Source: an uncultured Candidatus Saccharibacteria bacterium (lineage in GTDB: Bacteria > Patescibacteriota > Doudnabacteria > UBA920). Taken from it: a stretch of DNA of 64,000 nt. This document shows, in pieces, positions 55,971-64,000 of this stretch (positions within the stretch are counted from its first letter, which is position 1; each line of letters opens with the position of its first letter). The notes beneath the pieces were generated by a model that was given only the letters and a program-made list of their open reading frames with translations, was not told the DNA's origin and did not search any database. Location of the stretch: NCBI GenBank assembly GCA_964561085.1, contig CAZLNP010000004.1, forward strand, positions 15,580 to 79,579. The letters are read 5' to 3'. A program made the translations under genes and the position numbers.

Positions 55971-57776
55971 ATGTCAACACCTAACGAAAAACTACATAAC
56001 GTCCGTCATTCACTAGCTCATCTTTTAGCTAGCTCTGTCTTGGAAATGTTTCCAGATGCAAAGCTTGGAGTTGGTCCTGTAATTGAAACAGGATTCTACT
56101 ACGACTTTCTTTTGTCTCGCCCATTGACTCTTGAGGATTTGCCTAAGCTCCAAAAAAGAATGCGTGAGCTTGCAAAATCTAAGCTTGCCTTTGAACGCGA
56201 AGAACTATCTTTTGCTGATGCTTCAAAGTTCTTTTCTGAAAAAGATCAACCTTTCAAAGTCGAGCTGATTTCTGATATTGAAAAGTTTGGCACTTCTAAA
56301 GCTGGAGCTACCGATGCACAAAGTGACGAATTAGGTGCGGAAGCAAATCCGAACGGAACTGTTAGTCTTTACAAAACCGGTGAATTCATAGATCTATGCC
56401 GTGGTGGTCATGTGGAGAATACTTCTGAAATTGATCCAGATAGTTTTGTGTTAGATAAAATTTCAGGAGCATACTGGCGCGGAGATCAAGCAAACCCTCA
56501 AATGCAACGCATTTACGGATTAGCTTTCGAATCAAAAGATGAATTAGTTGCTCACATAGAATTGCGAGCTGAGCTAGAAAAACGAGATCATCGAATTGTA
56601 GGACCACAATTAGGACTTTTCTTATTCCATGAATATGCCCCAGGAATTCCTTTCTACCAGCCTAAAGGAACAGTAGTGCGAAATGAGTTAGAGAAGTTTG
56701 TCCGAGAAGTTTCTTACGGCGAAGGCTACAGCGAAGTGCGTTTACCTCAACTCTTTGACTCAGAACTATTTAAAACTTCTGGTCATTGGGAACACTACAA
56801 AGACGATATGTTTACTTTAGAATCCGAAAATAAAACTTTTGGATTAAAGCCAATGAACTGTCCTGGTCACATGTTGTATTTCAAACAAGGACTCTATTCA
56901 TACAAAGACCTACCGCTAAGGCTTTCTGAAATGACTACTTTGTACAGAAACGAACTATCCGGAACACTGTCCGGCTTAACTCGAGTTAGAGCATTTGCAC
57001 AAGATGACTCACATATCTTTGCAACTCAAGACCAAGTTAAAGATGAAGTTGCTGCTTTGCTTAAAAAAGTAACTGAAGTATATAGTGTGTTCGGAATGCA
57101 AATCGAACAAGTCACAATAGGCACCAAACCTGAGCAATCTTTAGGTACTAAAGAAGAATGGGCTCCCGCTGAGACAGCTTTGAAAGATGCTTTAGACGAA
57201 GTGGGCTGGAAGTATGAAATTGAAGAGGGCGACGGAGCTTTTTACGGACCGAAAATTGATATGCGTATAAAGGATGTGCTTGGTCGCTACTGGCAACTTG
57301 CTACTATACAGTTAGATTTCCAAATGCCTCAACGATTTGGTTTAGAGTATGTCTCCAACGATGGCACACGTAAAACTCCAATAGTTATCCACAGAGCTAT
57401 TTTAGGCTCATTTGAGCGCTTTATGGCTATTATCATCGAGCAATACGCAGGCGCGCTACCTACTTGGTTAGCGCCAGTACAAGCAACCATCGTCCCAGTT
57501 TCTGAAAAGCAGAATGAGTTTGCTGAAAAAGTTTTGGCAGAAATTAAATCCTCAATTCCATTAGCGCGCGTTGATCTAGATGTTCGCAGCGAATCAATGG
57601 GTAAAAGAATTCGCGAAGCTTCTAAGCAAAAGGTTCCTTACATCTTAGTTGTCGGCGATAAAGAAATAGAAGCAAATTCTGTCTCTGTTCGTGGCCGAAA
57701 CGATGAAGACCTTGGCACAATGGAAATTTCTGCGTTCATTGAAAAGATGAAAGAAGAAATCACCAACCGCAAGTAG
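55971..57776 (+). CDS. thrS: Threonine--tRNA ligase (without the N-terminal TGS domain)
   Basis: Begins at the editing-domain motif (RHSLAHLLA...GPVIETGFYYDF). Class II motifs 1-3 and a C-terminal anticodon-binding domain follow. At 601 aa it is shorter than the ~640-aa canonical protein. Confidence 0.95.
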   Translation: MSTPNEKLHNVRHSLAHLLASSVLEMFPDAKLGVGPVIETGFYYDFLLSRPLTLEDLPKLQKRMRELAKSKLAFEREELSFADASKFFSEKDQPFKVELISDIEKFGTSKAGATDAQSDELGAEANPNGTVSLYKTGEFIDLCRGGHVENTSEIDPDSFVLDKISGAYWRGDQANPQMQRIYGLAFESKDELVAHIELRAELEKRDHRIVGPQLGLFLFHEYAPGIPFYQPKGTVVRNELEKFVREVSYGEGYSEVRLPQLFDSELFKTSGHWEHYKDDMFTLESENKTFGLKPMNCPGHMLYFKQGLYSYKDLPLRLSEMTTLYRNELSGTLSGLTRVRAFAQDDSHIFATQDQVKDEVAALLKKVTEVYSVFGMQIEQVTIGTKPEQSLGTKEEWAPAETALKDALDEVGWKYEIEEGDGAFYGPKIDMRIKDVLGRYWQLATIQLDFQMPQRFGLEYVSNDGTRKTPIVIHRAILGSFERFMAIIIEQYAGALPTWLAPVQATIVPVSEKQNEFAEKVLAEIKSSIPLARVDLDVRSESMGKRIREASKQKVPYILVVGDKEIEANSVSVRGRNDEDLGTMEISAFIEKMKEEITNRK

Positions 57777-57798
57777 CACTAAAAATTTAGACAAATTA

Positions 57799-57836
57799 AA
57801 AGATCCTTTTGTAAAAATTACTGAGGATCTTTTTTA
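57799..57836. terminator. Bidirectional intrinsic terminator between thrS (+) and rarA (-) (aaagatcc...ggatcttttttt)
   Basis: Eight-bp stem with a 17-nt loop and a T-run on the plus strand. It overlaps the last codons of rarA. Confidence 0.6.
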
Positions 57837-59047
57837 GTTCCTGATTTAGATTTAGGAATATAGTAAGTTGTATTTTTAAGTTTCTCTGGTAGCAAATCTT
57901 CTTTGGTGTACTTTTCATAGCCCTCGCCATAGCCCATATTCTTCATCAACTTTGTGGGAGCGTTTCTAAGTTTCATAGGAATTGGAAGATTGCCATGCTG
58001 TTGTACATCTGCCAAAGCTGCAAAATAACCTTCATAGCTAGCCTTATCTTTGGGAGCTAAACTTAGGTAAACAACACCATGCGCTAAGTTAATCGCCGCT
58101 TCCGGCAAACCAATAGTCTCTACGGCCTTGAACACCTCATTGGCTACGACCAGAGCAGTTGGTTGAGCCATACCAATATCTTCTGATGCAAAAATAACCA
58201 TGCGCCGCGCTATGAACTTTGGATCTTCCCCACTGTCTACCATTCGAGCTAAATAGTACAGAGCAGCATCGGGCTGACTTGCTCGCATGCTTTTAATAAA
58301 GGCGCTAATGGTATTGTAATGCTCCTCCCCTTTTTTATCGTATCTGAGAAATTTATTCTGCAAAGTATTTTTCAACTCTTCTGTAGTAATTTCGTCTTTT
58401 GAGTTCTTACTATGAATCTGAGCAGTATTCTCAATCATGGTAATAGCTTGGCGCGCATCACCATTCGCCATTTGCACTAACCAATCACGCGCCTCTTTCT
58501 TCAACTTAAAGCCAGTCGTTTCAATTACTTTTACCATTTCTGCATCGCCTAATTCATGCAGTGTAAACACGCGCATTCTAGAAAGAAGTGCAGGAATAAC
58601 CTCAAAGCTAGGGTTTTCAGTAGTGGCCCCAACTAGAATTAATCTCCCACTTTCAACATAAGGAAGAAGGAAATCTTGCTGAGCTTTATTGAAGCGATGA
58701 ATTTCATCTAAAAATAGAAGTTTAGGCTTAAGGGCTGGCTGTTTGTCATCAACAATCTTCCGGATATCATCTTTACCTGCAGATACAGCTGATAACTCAA
58801 AATACTCAGCCTTAATTGCCTGCGCGTAAATACGAGCCAGTGTAGTTTTACCTACTCCTGGAGGTCCCCACAAAACAAAGGAAAAGATGTGTCCTTGTTC
58901 AATAGCCAAGCGCAACGGCTTTCCTTTTCCCACCAGATGTTCCTGACCAACATAGTCTTCTAGAGATTTGGGTCTAATTTTTGAGGCTAATGGTTCCATA
59001 ACTTTTATTATAGCCATGTTCCTGATTTTATGATAATTAAAAAGCAC
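57818..59047 (-). CDS. rarA: Replication-associated recombination protein A (AAA+ ATPase, MgsA/RarA family)
   Basis: Walker A WGPPGVGKTT, Walker B LLFLDEIHRF, sensor and arginine-finger regions, and a MgsA C-terminal domain. The start may be the internal Met (MAIIKV...). Confidence 0.85.
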   Translation of the reverse strand: MLFNYHKIRNMAIIKVMEPLASKIRPKSLEDYVGQEHLVGKGKPLRLAIEQGHIFSFVLWGPPGVGKTTLARIYAQAIKAEYFELSAVSAGKDDIRKIVDDKQPALKPKLLFLDEIHRFNKAQQDFLLPYVESGRLILVGATTENPSFEVIPALLSRMRVFTLHELGDAEMVKVIETTGFKLKKEARDWLVQMANGDARQAITMIENTAQIHSKNSKDEITTEELKNTLQNKFLRYDKKGEEHYNTISAFIKSMRASQPDAALYYLARMVDSGEDPKFIARRMVIFASEDIGMAQPTALVVANEVFKAVETIGLPEAAINLAHGVVYLSLAPKDKASYEGYFAALADVQQHGNLPIPMKLRNAPTKLMKNMGYGEGYEKYTKEDLLPEKLKNTTYYIPKSKSGTKKDPQ

Positions 59048-59062
59048 TCGACTAGCGAGTGC
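59036..59062 (-). terminator. Intrinsic terminator (gcactcg-acta-cgagtgc, then TTTTT on the minus strand)
   Basis: Lies between the membrane-protein gene and rarA. Confidence 0.6.
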
Positions 59063-59079
59063 TTTTTGGAAAGTCGTAA

Positions 59080-59835
59080 CTAAACTGCTGGAGTAGCGGT
59101 GTGGTCAACAGGAGCTTGAGGGGCAGGCATTGGAGCTGCACCGCTCTTAGCGCGTTTTACATCAAGATACAAAGAGTATTGATACAAAATTGCTAATGGG
59201 GTGAGAACCAATCCGGAAATATTTTGCAGTAGCATTCCTAGTTGTTTACCAAGAACTGCGCCGCCAACTGTTCCCACTATGCTGGAGATAACTCCTATAA
59301 TTAAAGCGATTACAATTAAACGACCAAATACAGCCCACCAATATCCAGATACATAAGCCTTACTCGCCTTTAGTGCATCAACTGCGGATTTATTTTCATT
59401 TACCACAATGAATAGTGCAAAGCTCAAGTAAACACCTACAATAATTCCAGGAATTACTATCAGTATCAAACCGATTATAGTTAGGATCGCAGATAGAAGA
59501 CCTGTTAGAAACAAAGGCCAAATTAATGGCTTTGCGTTTGTGTAAGCTTGTTTCAAAGTCATTGGCTGATCTAGCTTATGAACTTTATTCAAAAGTGCAC
59601 TTAAACCCCAGATCATACCGACAATGTAAACCACTGATGATACTAAAGCTAACAAAGCCAAAGTAGCATTCATTGTTAGACCGTCCCCTGCCATAAACAG
59701 GAAGATTGTTTGCAGGTACAATCCAATACCTGCTACTAACATGATAGGCACTAATGATTCATAGTGCTTTTTGTACTGCTCCCAAGATCCTTTTAATAGA
59801 TCAGAAACAGCTTTAAGACGAGCTTGTTCGTTCAT
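59080..59835 (-). CDS. Hypothetical polytopic membrane protein (about 6 TM)
   Basis: Hydropathy pattern only. The C-terminus is a Pro/Ala-rich tail. Confidence 0.45.
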   Translation of the reverse strand: MNEQARLKAVSDLLKGSWEQYKKHYESLVPIMLVAGIGLYLQTIFLFMAGDGLTMNATLALLALVSSVVYIVGMIWGLSALLNKVHKLDQPMTLKQAYTNAKPLIWPLFLTGLLSAILTIIGLILIVIPGIIVGVYLSFALFIVVNENKSAVDALKASKAYVSGYWWAVFGRLIVIALIIGVISSIVGTVGGAVLGKQLGMLLQNISGLVLTPLAILYQYSLYLDVKRAKSGAAPMPAPQAPVDHTATPAV

Positions 59836-59888
59836 GTGTTCTAAATTAATTGTTTTAATTATAACAAATTTTTATAAAGTACAATAGT

Positions 59889-60653
59889 TTAAGTCAGAAT
59901 TCTAACACCAGTCTTTGTCACTGCAATAGTATGCTCGAAATGAGCGGCTAAACCACCATCATGAGTACGAATTGTCCAACCGTCAGTATCGAAGAAGATT
60001 TGCGGCTTATTCTCACAAACCATTGGTTCAATTGCTAAAACCATATCTTCTACTAAAACGATTCCCTTTCCAGGTTTCCCATAACAAGGTACGGCAGGAT
60101 CTTCATGAACAGCATAGCCTACACCGTGACCAACCAAGTCACGAACTACGGAATACCCTGCACCCTCAACTGTAGACTGAATCGCATGGCCAATATCTCC
60201 AATAGTATTTCCTGGCTTCACTTGTTTCAAAGCATTATCTAGCGAAAGCTTGGTTACTTCCATTAATTTAATGGCAACATCAGAAACTTTACCAACAGCA
60301 ACTGTAATAGCAGTGTCAGTGTAAAGTTTTTTATATTCCATTCCAATATCTAAACCAAGTATGTCGCCTTCTTGAAGAATATCTTTCGAAGATGGCACGC
60401 CATGAACAACCGCATCATTAATAGAAGTGCATAGTCCATAGAGGAATGGATTCTTCCGGCTACCATAACCAATAAAGCTTGGGCGACCACCGGCCTTGAT
60501 CATCTCTTCTTCTGCAAAATCGTTAATTTCTAGAGTGGAGATGCCTGGCTTTGCCATTGCAGCTGCACGATGAAGAATGTCGCGCAAAATTTTTCCGCCT
60601 TCATCGATTATTTCAATCTCTTCTTTAGTCTTAGTGTATCTAGCTTTTGCCAT
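59889..60653 (-). CDS. map: Methionine aminopeptidase, type I
   Basis: Metal ligands in conserved context (D...DIGM...HGVGY...EPM...E). Confidence 0.9.
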   Translation of the reverse strand: MAKARYTKTKEEIEIIDEGGKILRDILHRAAAMAKPGISTLEINDFAEEEMIKAGGRPSFIGYGSRKNPFLYGLCTSINDAVVHGVPSSKDILQEGDILGLDIGMEYKKLYTDTAITVAVGKVSDVAIKLMEVTKLSLDNALKQVKPGNTIGDIGHAIQSTVEGAGYSVVRDLVGHGVGYAVHEDPAVPCYGKPGKGIVLVEDMVLAIEPMVCENKPQIFFDTDGWTIRTHDGGLAAHFEHTIAVTKTGVRILT

Positions 60654-61299
60654 TGTTATTCTCTTTATATATCTCTTGATAATTCTTTAAGTAAAAATTG
60701 ATCGCTTTCTGAATTCGCGCTCGAACTTGAGTGCGAGTCCCCATGCCATCAATGTTTGCAAAAGTATAAGTGGATTTGAAAAATTCCACAACCTCAGCAA
60801 TATTCTTCCGATAGTACTTAGCGCGATTTTTTAGAGCTGCCGCGCTATCATCTGCGCGTTTGCTGAATTTAGTATTGAAGTATCCTTGGCGCTGTTGGAT
60901 TCTACTAACAACTTCCTGTTGAGGAATTCTGATGTAGAGCACTAAAGGTTTAGTCCTGTTTGTTTCCTTTAACAATTTAGCAATAATTCTTGCTTCACCC
61001 ACCATTTTTGGATGACCATCAAATAAAATTCCTGTTTTGATAGGCGTACGCAGAATAGTATCGTTGTTCAGTTTTCGAACTATAGCCGTTGGTGTTAGTA
61101 GGCCTTTATCATTTTTTTGCTGAAGTACAGCATCAATTTTCTTATCTTTTTGACGCAATAAAGTCAGTTCACGCCCCATGTCATAATCGAACATTTTGTA
61201 CTTCTTAGCAAAATATTCAGCTTGAGTAGCCTTTCCTGCACCAGGATCACCTAAAAGCACTAAATTTAATGGAGGGGTTTTAACAGTCTTGCTTGGCAT
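60640..61299 (-). CDS. Divergent adenylate-kinase-family (NMP kinase) paralog with a long basic C-terminal extension
   Basis: P-loop LVLLGDPGAGKATQAEYFAKKY, an NMP-binding LLR and ILFDGHPK in place of ILDGFPR, and a LID-like RADDS. The start is placed at the internal Met (MPSKTV...), giving an 8-nt gap to the upstream adk rather than a 59-nt overlap. Confidence 0.55.
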   Translation of the reverse strand: MPSKTVKTPPLNLVLLGDPGAGKATQAEYFAKKYKMFDYDMGRELTLLRQKDKKIDAVLQQKNDKGLLTPTAIVRKLNNDTILRTPIKTGILFDGHPKMVGEARIIAKLLKETNRTKPLVLYIRIPQQEVVSRIQQRQGYFNTKFSKRADDSAAALKNRAKYYRKNIAEVVEFFKSTYTFANIDGMGTRTQVRARIQKAINFYLKNYQEIYKENNNGKS

Positions 61300-61306
61300 C
61301 TTATTA

Positions 61307-61921
61307 TTATTCCAATGCTTTATTAATGCGCTCGGTAATTTCTTCGATTGTGCCAACGCCATCAATAGTATGCAGATCCCCTATGCCTTGCATAAATTTC
61401 AAAACTGGCTTCGTCTCTTTGTCGTAAGTTGCTAAGCGGAAGCTGATCTTTTCTGGAGTATCATCAACACGGAACTCGTGATGAGCTCGTTCAAGTAAAC
61501 GCTTTACCGATTCCTCGTTAGGTACATCAATATGAATTGCTCCAAAACTAGTAAAACCGTTCTGCTGTAAATAGTGGATAAGATGCACGGCTTGAGGAAC
61601 TGTTCTTGGGACACCATCAAAAAGCAATCGCTTGTGTTTGATTACTTCTGGTAGTTCTGTTTGAAGAACGCGGAATAACTCGTCATCTTCGAGCAGTTTC
61701 CCTGCATCAATTAAATCTTTAACTTTTATTCCGAACGGGGTGCTCTTCTTTGCTTCTTCGCGAAGAATGCCACCCATTTCCCAATAAAAATAGCCGAGCT
61801 TAGCAGCTAAGGTTTTACCTTGCGTACCTTTACCCGACCCTTGGGGTCCAATCATGAATATAGCGTCGTATTTTGGGATTTCCATTACTTTAATTATACA
61901 TTTAGCCTTGATTTTAAGCAA
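61307..61921 (-). CDS. adk: Adenylate kinase
   Basis: P-loop IFMIGPQGSGKGTQ, GGILREE, LFDGVPRT and a LID (RVDDTPE). Confidence 0.85.
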   Translation of the reverse strand: MLKIKAKCIIKVMEIPKYDAIFMIGPQGSGKGTQGKTLAAKLGYFYWEMGGILREEAKKSTPFGIKVKDLIDAGKLLEDDELFRVLQTELPEVIKHKRLLFDGVPRTVPQAVHLIHYLQQNGFTSFGAIHIDVPNEESVKRLLERAHHEFRVDDTPEKISFRLATYDKETKPVLKFMQGIGDLHTIDGVGTIEEITERINKALE

Positions 61922-61984
61922 CTTTGAGTATTTTTATGGTATAATTATTTTAATAAAAGGCAAAATCAAGAAACAAAAAGTAAA

Positions 61985-63697
61985 ATGGATCATATCTTCC
62001 TGGAACTTACAGGCATATTAATAGTTGCTGGTGTAATTGCATACATACTGCATTTTTTAAAGCAGCCCAGTATTATTGCTTACATCATTACAGGCCTTTT
62101 GATTGGTCCTTTTGCATTATACAGACTAGCTCACGGAGAAATTCTACACAGCCTTTCAGAAATTGGTGTAACTTTGCTTCTCTTTATGGTTGGATTGGAT
62201 CTTGATATATCCCAACTAAAACGCATTGGGAAAAATGCCATAATCGCCGGTGTTGCACAAATTATTTTTACCTGTGGCGCTGCATTTGGAATTGTCACCT
62301 TACTTGGATTCGGATTAATACCTGCAATATATATTTCATTAGCGGTTACATTCTCTTCTACAATTATTGTTGTAAAAATTCTTTCCGAGCGAAAAGATCT
62401 CAATAGCTTATATGGAAAACTTGCCTTGGGAATATTCTTAGTGCAGGATTTCGCCGCTATTTTAGTTTTGATTTTAATCGCCGGCGCAAATACAAATAGC
62501 ACTTTTCTTGATACAGGTACCGTCTCTGGGAATTTAATTCTTACCCTGGCCAAAGCATTTATGGTATTAGTAGTTGTGTTGTTCTTGAGCCGCAAAGTAT
62601 TTCCAAAGCTAATGCACTCTTTGGTTAAATCTGACGAAATGCTTCTTTTGTTTTCGCTTGGATGGGCACTTGGCCTTGCTGCGTTTCTTAGTTCACCACT
62701 TGTGGGATTCAACTCAGCAATCGGCGGTTTTATTGCTGGACTAGCATTGGCTAACACCGGAGCTCACTATCAGGTAAGCGGTCGAATTAAATCTTTACGA
62801 GACTTTTTCATCATCATTTTCTTTATAGTTCTGGGTACAAACTTGGTGTTTAATAACATTGGTGCGGCATTGGTGCCAGGAATTATTCTGATTCTGTTTG
62901 TGTTAATAGTTAAACCGTTAATCGTTACTTTAATTTTAACTTTCTCTGGTTACAAAATTCGTACCGGATTTATGACAGGCATTACCCTAGCACAGATTTC
63001 TGAGTTCAGCTTAAAGTTAATGGCGCTTGGCTTACTATCTGGTCACTTAGACCAATCAGCCATGACAATAATTACTTTAGTAGCAATTAGCACTATTGCG
63101 CTTTCATCTTATGGAATGCTGTTCTCAGATAAAATTTATGCAAAGTTCTTAGCCAAGTTTGCTCACCGATTTGAACGCAAAGCTGCGAATGCAGATAGAG
63201 ATTTACTGACTAAGACTTTCAAAAAGCATGTGATAATTGTTGGAGCGCACCGCTTAGGTTCTCACCTTATTGCAAACTATCAGAAAACTAAAGAAGAATT
63301 TTTATTAATTGATTTCAACCCAGACGTAGTTAGTCGCTTTAGACATCAGGGTGTACAGGCTGTGTGTGGTGACATTACTGACCCATACATTCAAGAAGTT
63401 GCTTCTTTAGCTGATGCAAAACTGATAGTTTGTACCGTTCCCGATTTTCATGACACACTCGCCTTATTAGAAACTGTAAGAACTACACTAAATAAACGCA
63501 CACGAATAATAGTTGCTGCGGCAGACGAGCAAGAGGCATTAGAGCTCTATCAAAAAGGTGCAGATTATGTTCTACTTCCCCACTTTGTTGGCGGCATGCA
63601 CTTACTAGATGTAGTGGAACATAATTCTGATCCGAAAAAGTTACATAAGCTTCGCGATAAGCATTTAAAAACCCTTCACAAAGCGTTGGCAGCATAG
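61985..63697 (+). CDS. CPA2-family monovalent cation:proton antiporter (Kef-type) with a C-terminal TrkA-N (RCK) domain
   Basis: About 12 TM in the Na+/H+ exchanger fold, followed by a Rossmann GxGxxG (IIVGAHRLGSHL) RCK domain. An extended -10 TGgTATAAT lies at about 61955-61970. Confidence 0.8.
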   Translation: MDHIFLELTGILIVAGVIAYILHFLKQPSIIAYIITGLLIGPFALYRLAHGEILHSLSEIGVTLLLFMVGLDLDISQLKRIGKNAIIAGVAQIIFTCGAAFGIVTLLGFGLIPAIYISLAVTFSSTIIVVKILSERKDLNSLYGKLALGIFLVQDFAAILVLILIAGANTNSTFLDTGTVSGNLILTLAKAFMVLVVVLFLSRKVFPKLMHSLVKSDEMLLLFSLGWALGLAAFLSSPLVGFNSAIGGFIAGLALANTGAHYQVSGRIKSLRDFFIIIFFIVLGTNLVFNNIGAALVPGIILILFVLIVKPLIVTLILTFSGYKIRTGFMTGITLAQISEFSLKLMALGLLSGHLDQSAMTIITLVAISTIALSSYGMLFSDKIYAKFLAKFAHRFERKAANADRDLLTKTFKKHVIIVGAHRLGSHLIANYQKTKEEFLLIDFNPDVVSRFRHQGVQAVCGDITDPYIQEVASLADAKLIVCTVPDFHDTLALLETVRTTLNKRTRIIVAAADEQEALELYQKGADYVLLPHFVGGMHLLDVVEHNSDPKKLHKLRDKHLKTLHKALAA

Positions 63698-63721
63698 CCA
63701 CCCTTCTGATACAATCCATCT

Positions 63722-64000
63722 ATGATACTTAACCTATACAACACTTTATCTCGCAAGATCGAGCCCATTTCCCCAGCTGACGGCAAAACTATTCGCCTGT
63801 ACACTTGTGGCCCAACTGTATATAACTACGCTCATATCGGGAACCTTCGCTCATACATAATGGCGGACGTCCTTTACCGCACCCTTAAATTTGATGGTTA
63901 CAAAGTTGAGTACGTAATGAACATCACAGATGTAGACGATAAAACTATCGCTAGTACAGTTGCAGAGTTTGGCGAATCTGCGAGCGTTGCAGATTTAAAC
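63722..64000 (+). CDS. cysS: Cysteine--tRNA ligase, N-terminal fragment (continues past the window end)
   Basis: [16 protein letters not shown] (class I HIGH motif) and the canonical CysRS start. Confidence 0.85.
   Translation, partial: MILNLYNTLSRKIEPISPADGKTIRLYTCGPTVYNYAHIGNLRSYIMADVLYRTLKFDGYKVEYVMNITDVDDKTIASTVAEFGESASVADLN

Noticed and set aside
1-64000. CRISPR arrays, rRNA genes, transposases or integrases
   Set aside because: No short direct repeats with regular spacers were found. No 16S/23S-like conserved stretches were found. No DDE or tyrosine-recombinase motifs were found in any ORF. The only repeats are intragenic coding repeats.

Overview
This 64 kb window is low-GC (about 38-40%) and looks like chromosomal DNA from a small-genome, monoderm-like bacterium. 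Weak Shine-Dalgarno signals, near-consensus sigma-70 promoters, a DUF4012-like protein and a LAXTG sorting signal point to a Candidate Phyla Radiation (Patescibacteria) or Saccharibacteria-like lineage; that placement is inference from gene content only.

Almost everything is on the minus strand up to about 45 kb and mixed after that. The content is mostly core:
- a rearranged division/cell-wall block (D,D-carboxypeptidase, mraY, an N-acyl-D-amino-acid deacylase, murD, ftsW, a DUF4012-like protein)
- trxA, secDF, pepN, a family-4 UDG, secA, hpf, then murC and murG
- a polysaccharide biosynthesis cluster (polyprenyl-phosphate sugar transferase, three GT4 glycosyltransferases, an epimerase)
- RNase P RNA, uppS, a four-tRNA plus rpmG cluster, tsf, rpsB, rpmE, prfA-prmC, rplY, a second SEDS protein (rodA-like), dnaE, thrS, rarA, map, two tandem adenylate-kinase-family genes, a CPA2 antiporter and the 5' end of cysS

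The parts that deserve a second look are:
1. A VirD4/TraD-like P-loop ATPase with an upstream membrane protein and a sigma-70 region-4 / HARE-HTH-like fusion protein.
2. An SF2 helicase with five tandem ~67-aa C-terminal repeats beside the tRNA cluster, followed by a run of small genes that includes an EVE-domain protein.
3. A LAXTG-anchored tandem-repeat surface protein.
4. Two promoter-to-terminator non-coding regions: about 345 nt before prfA, and about 180 nt plus a long leader before thrS.
5. A duplicated adenylate kinase.

No CRISPR array, rRNA, transposase or integrase was seen.
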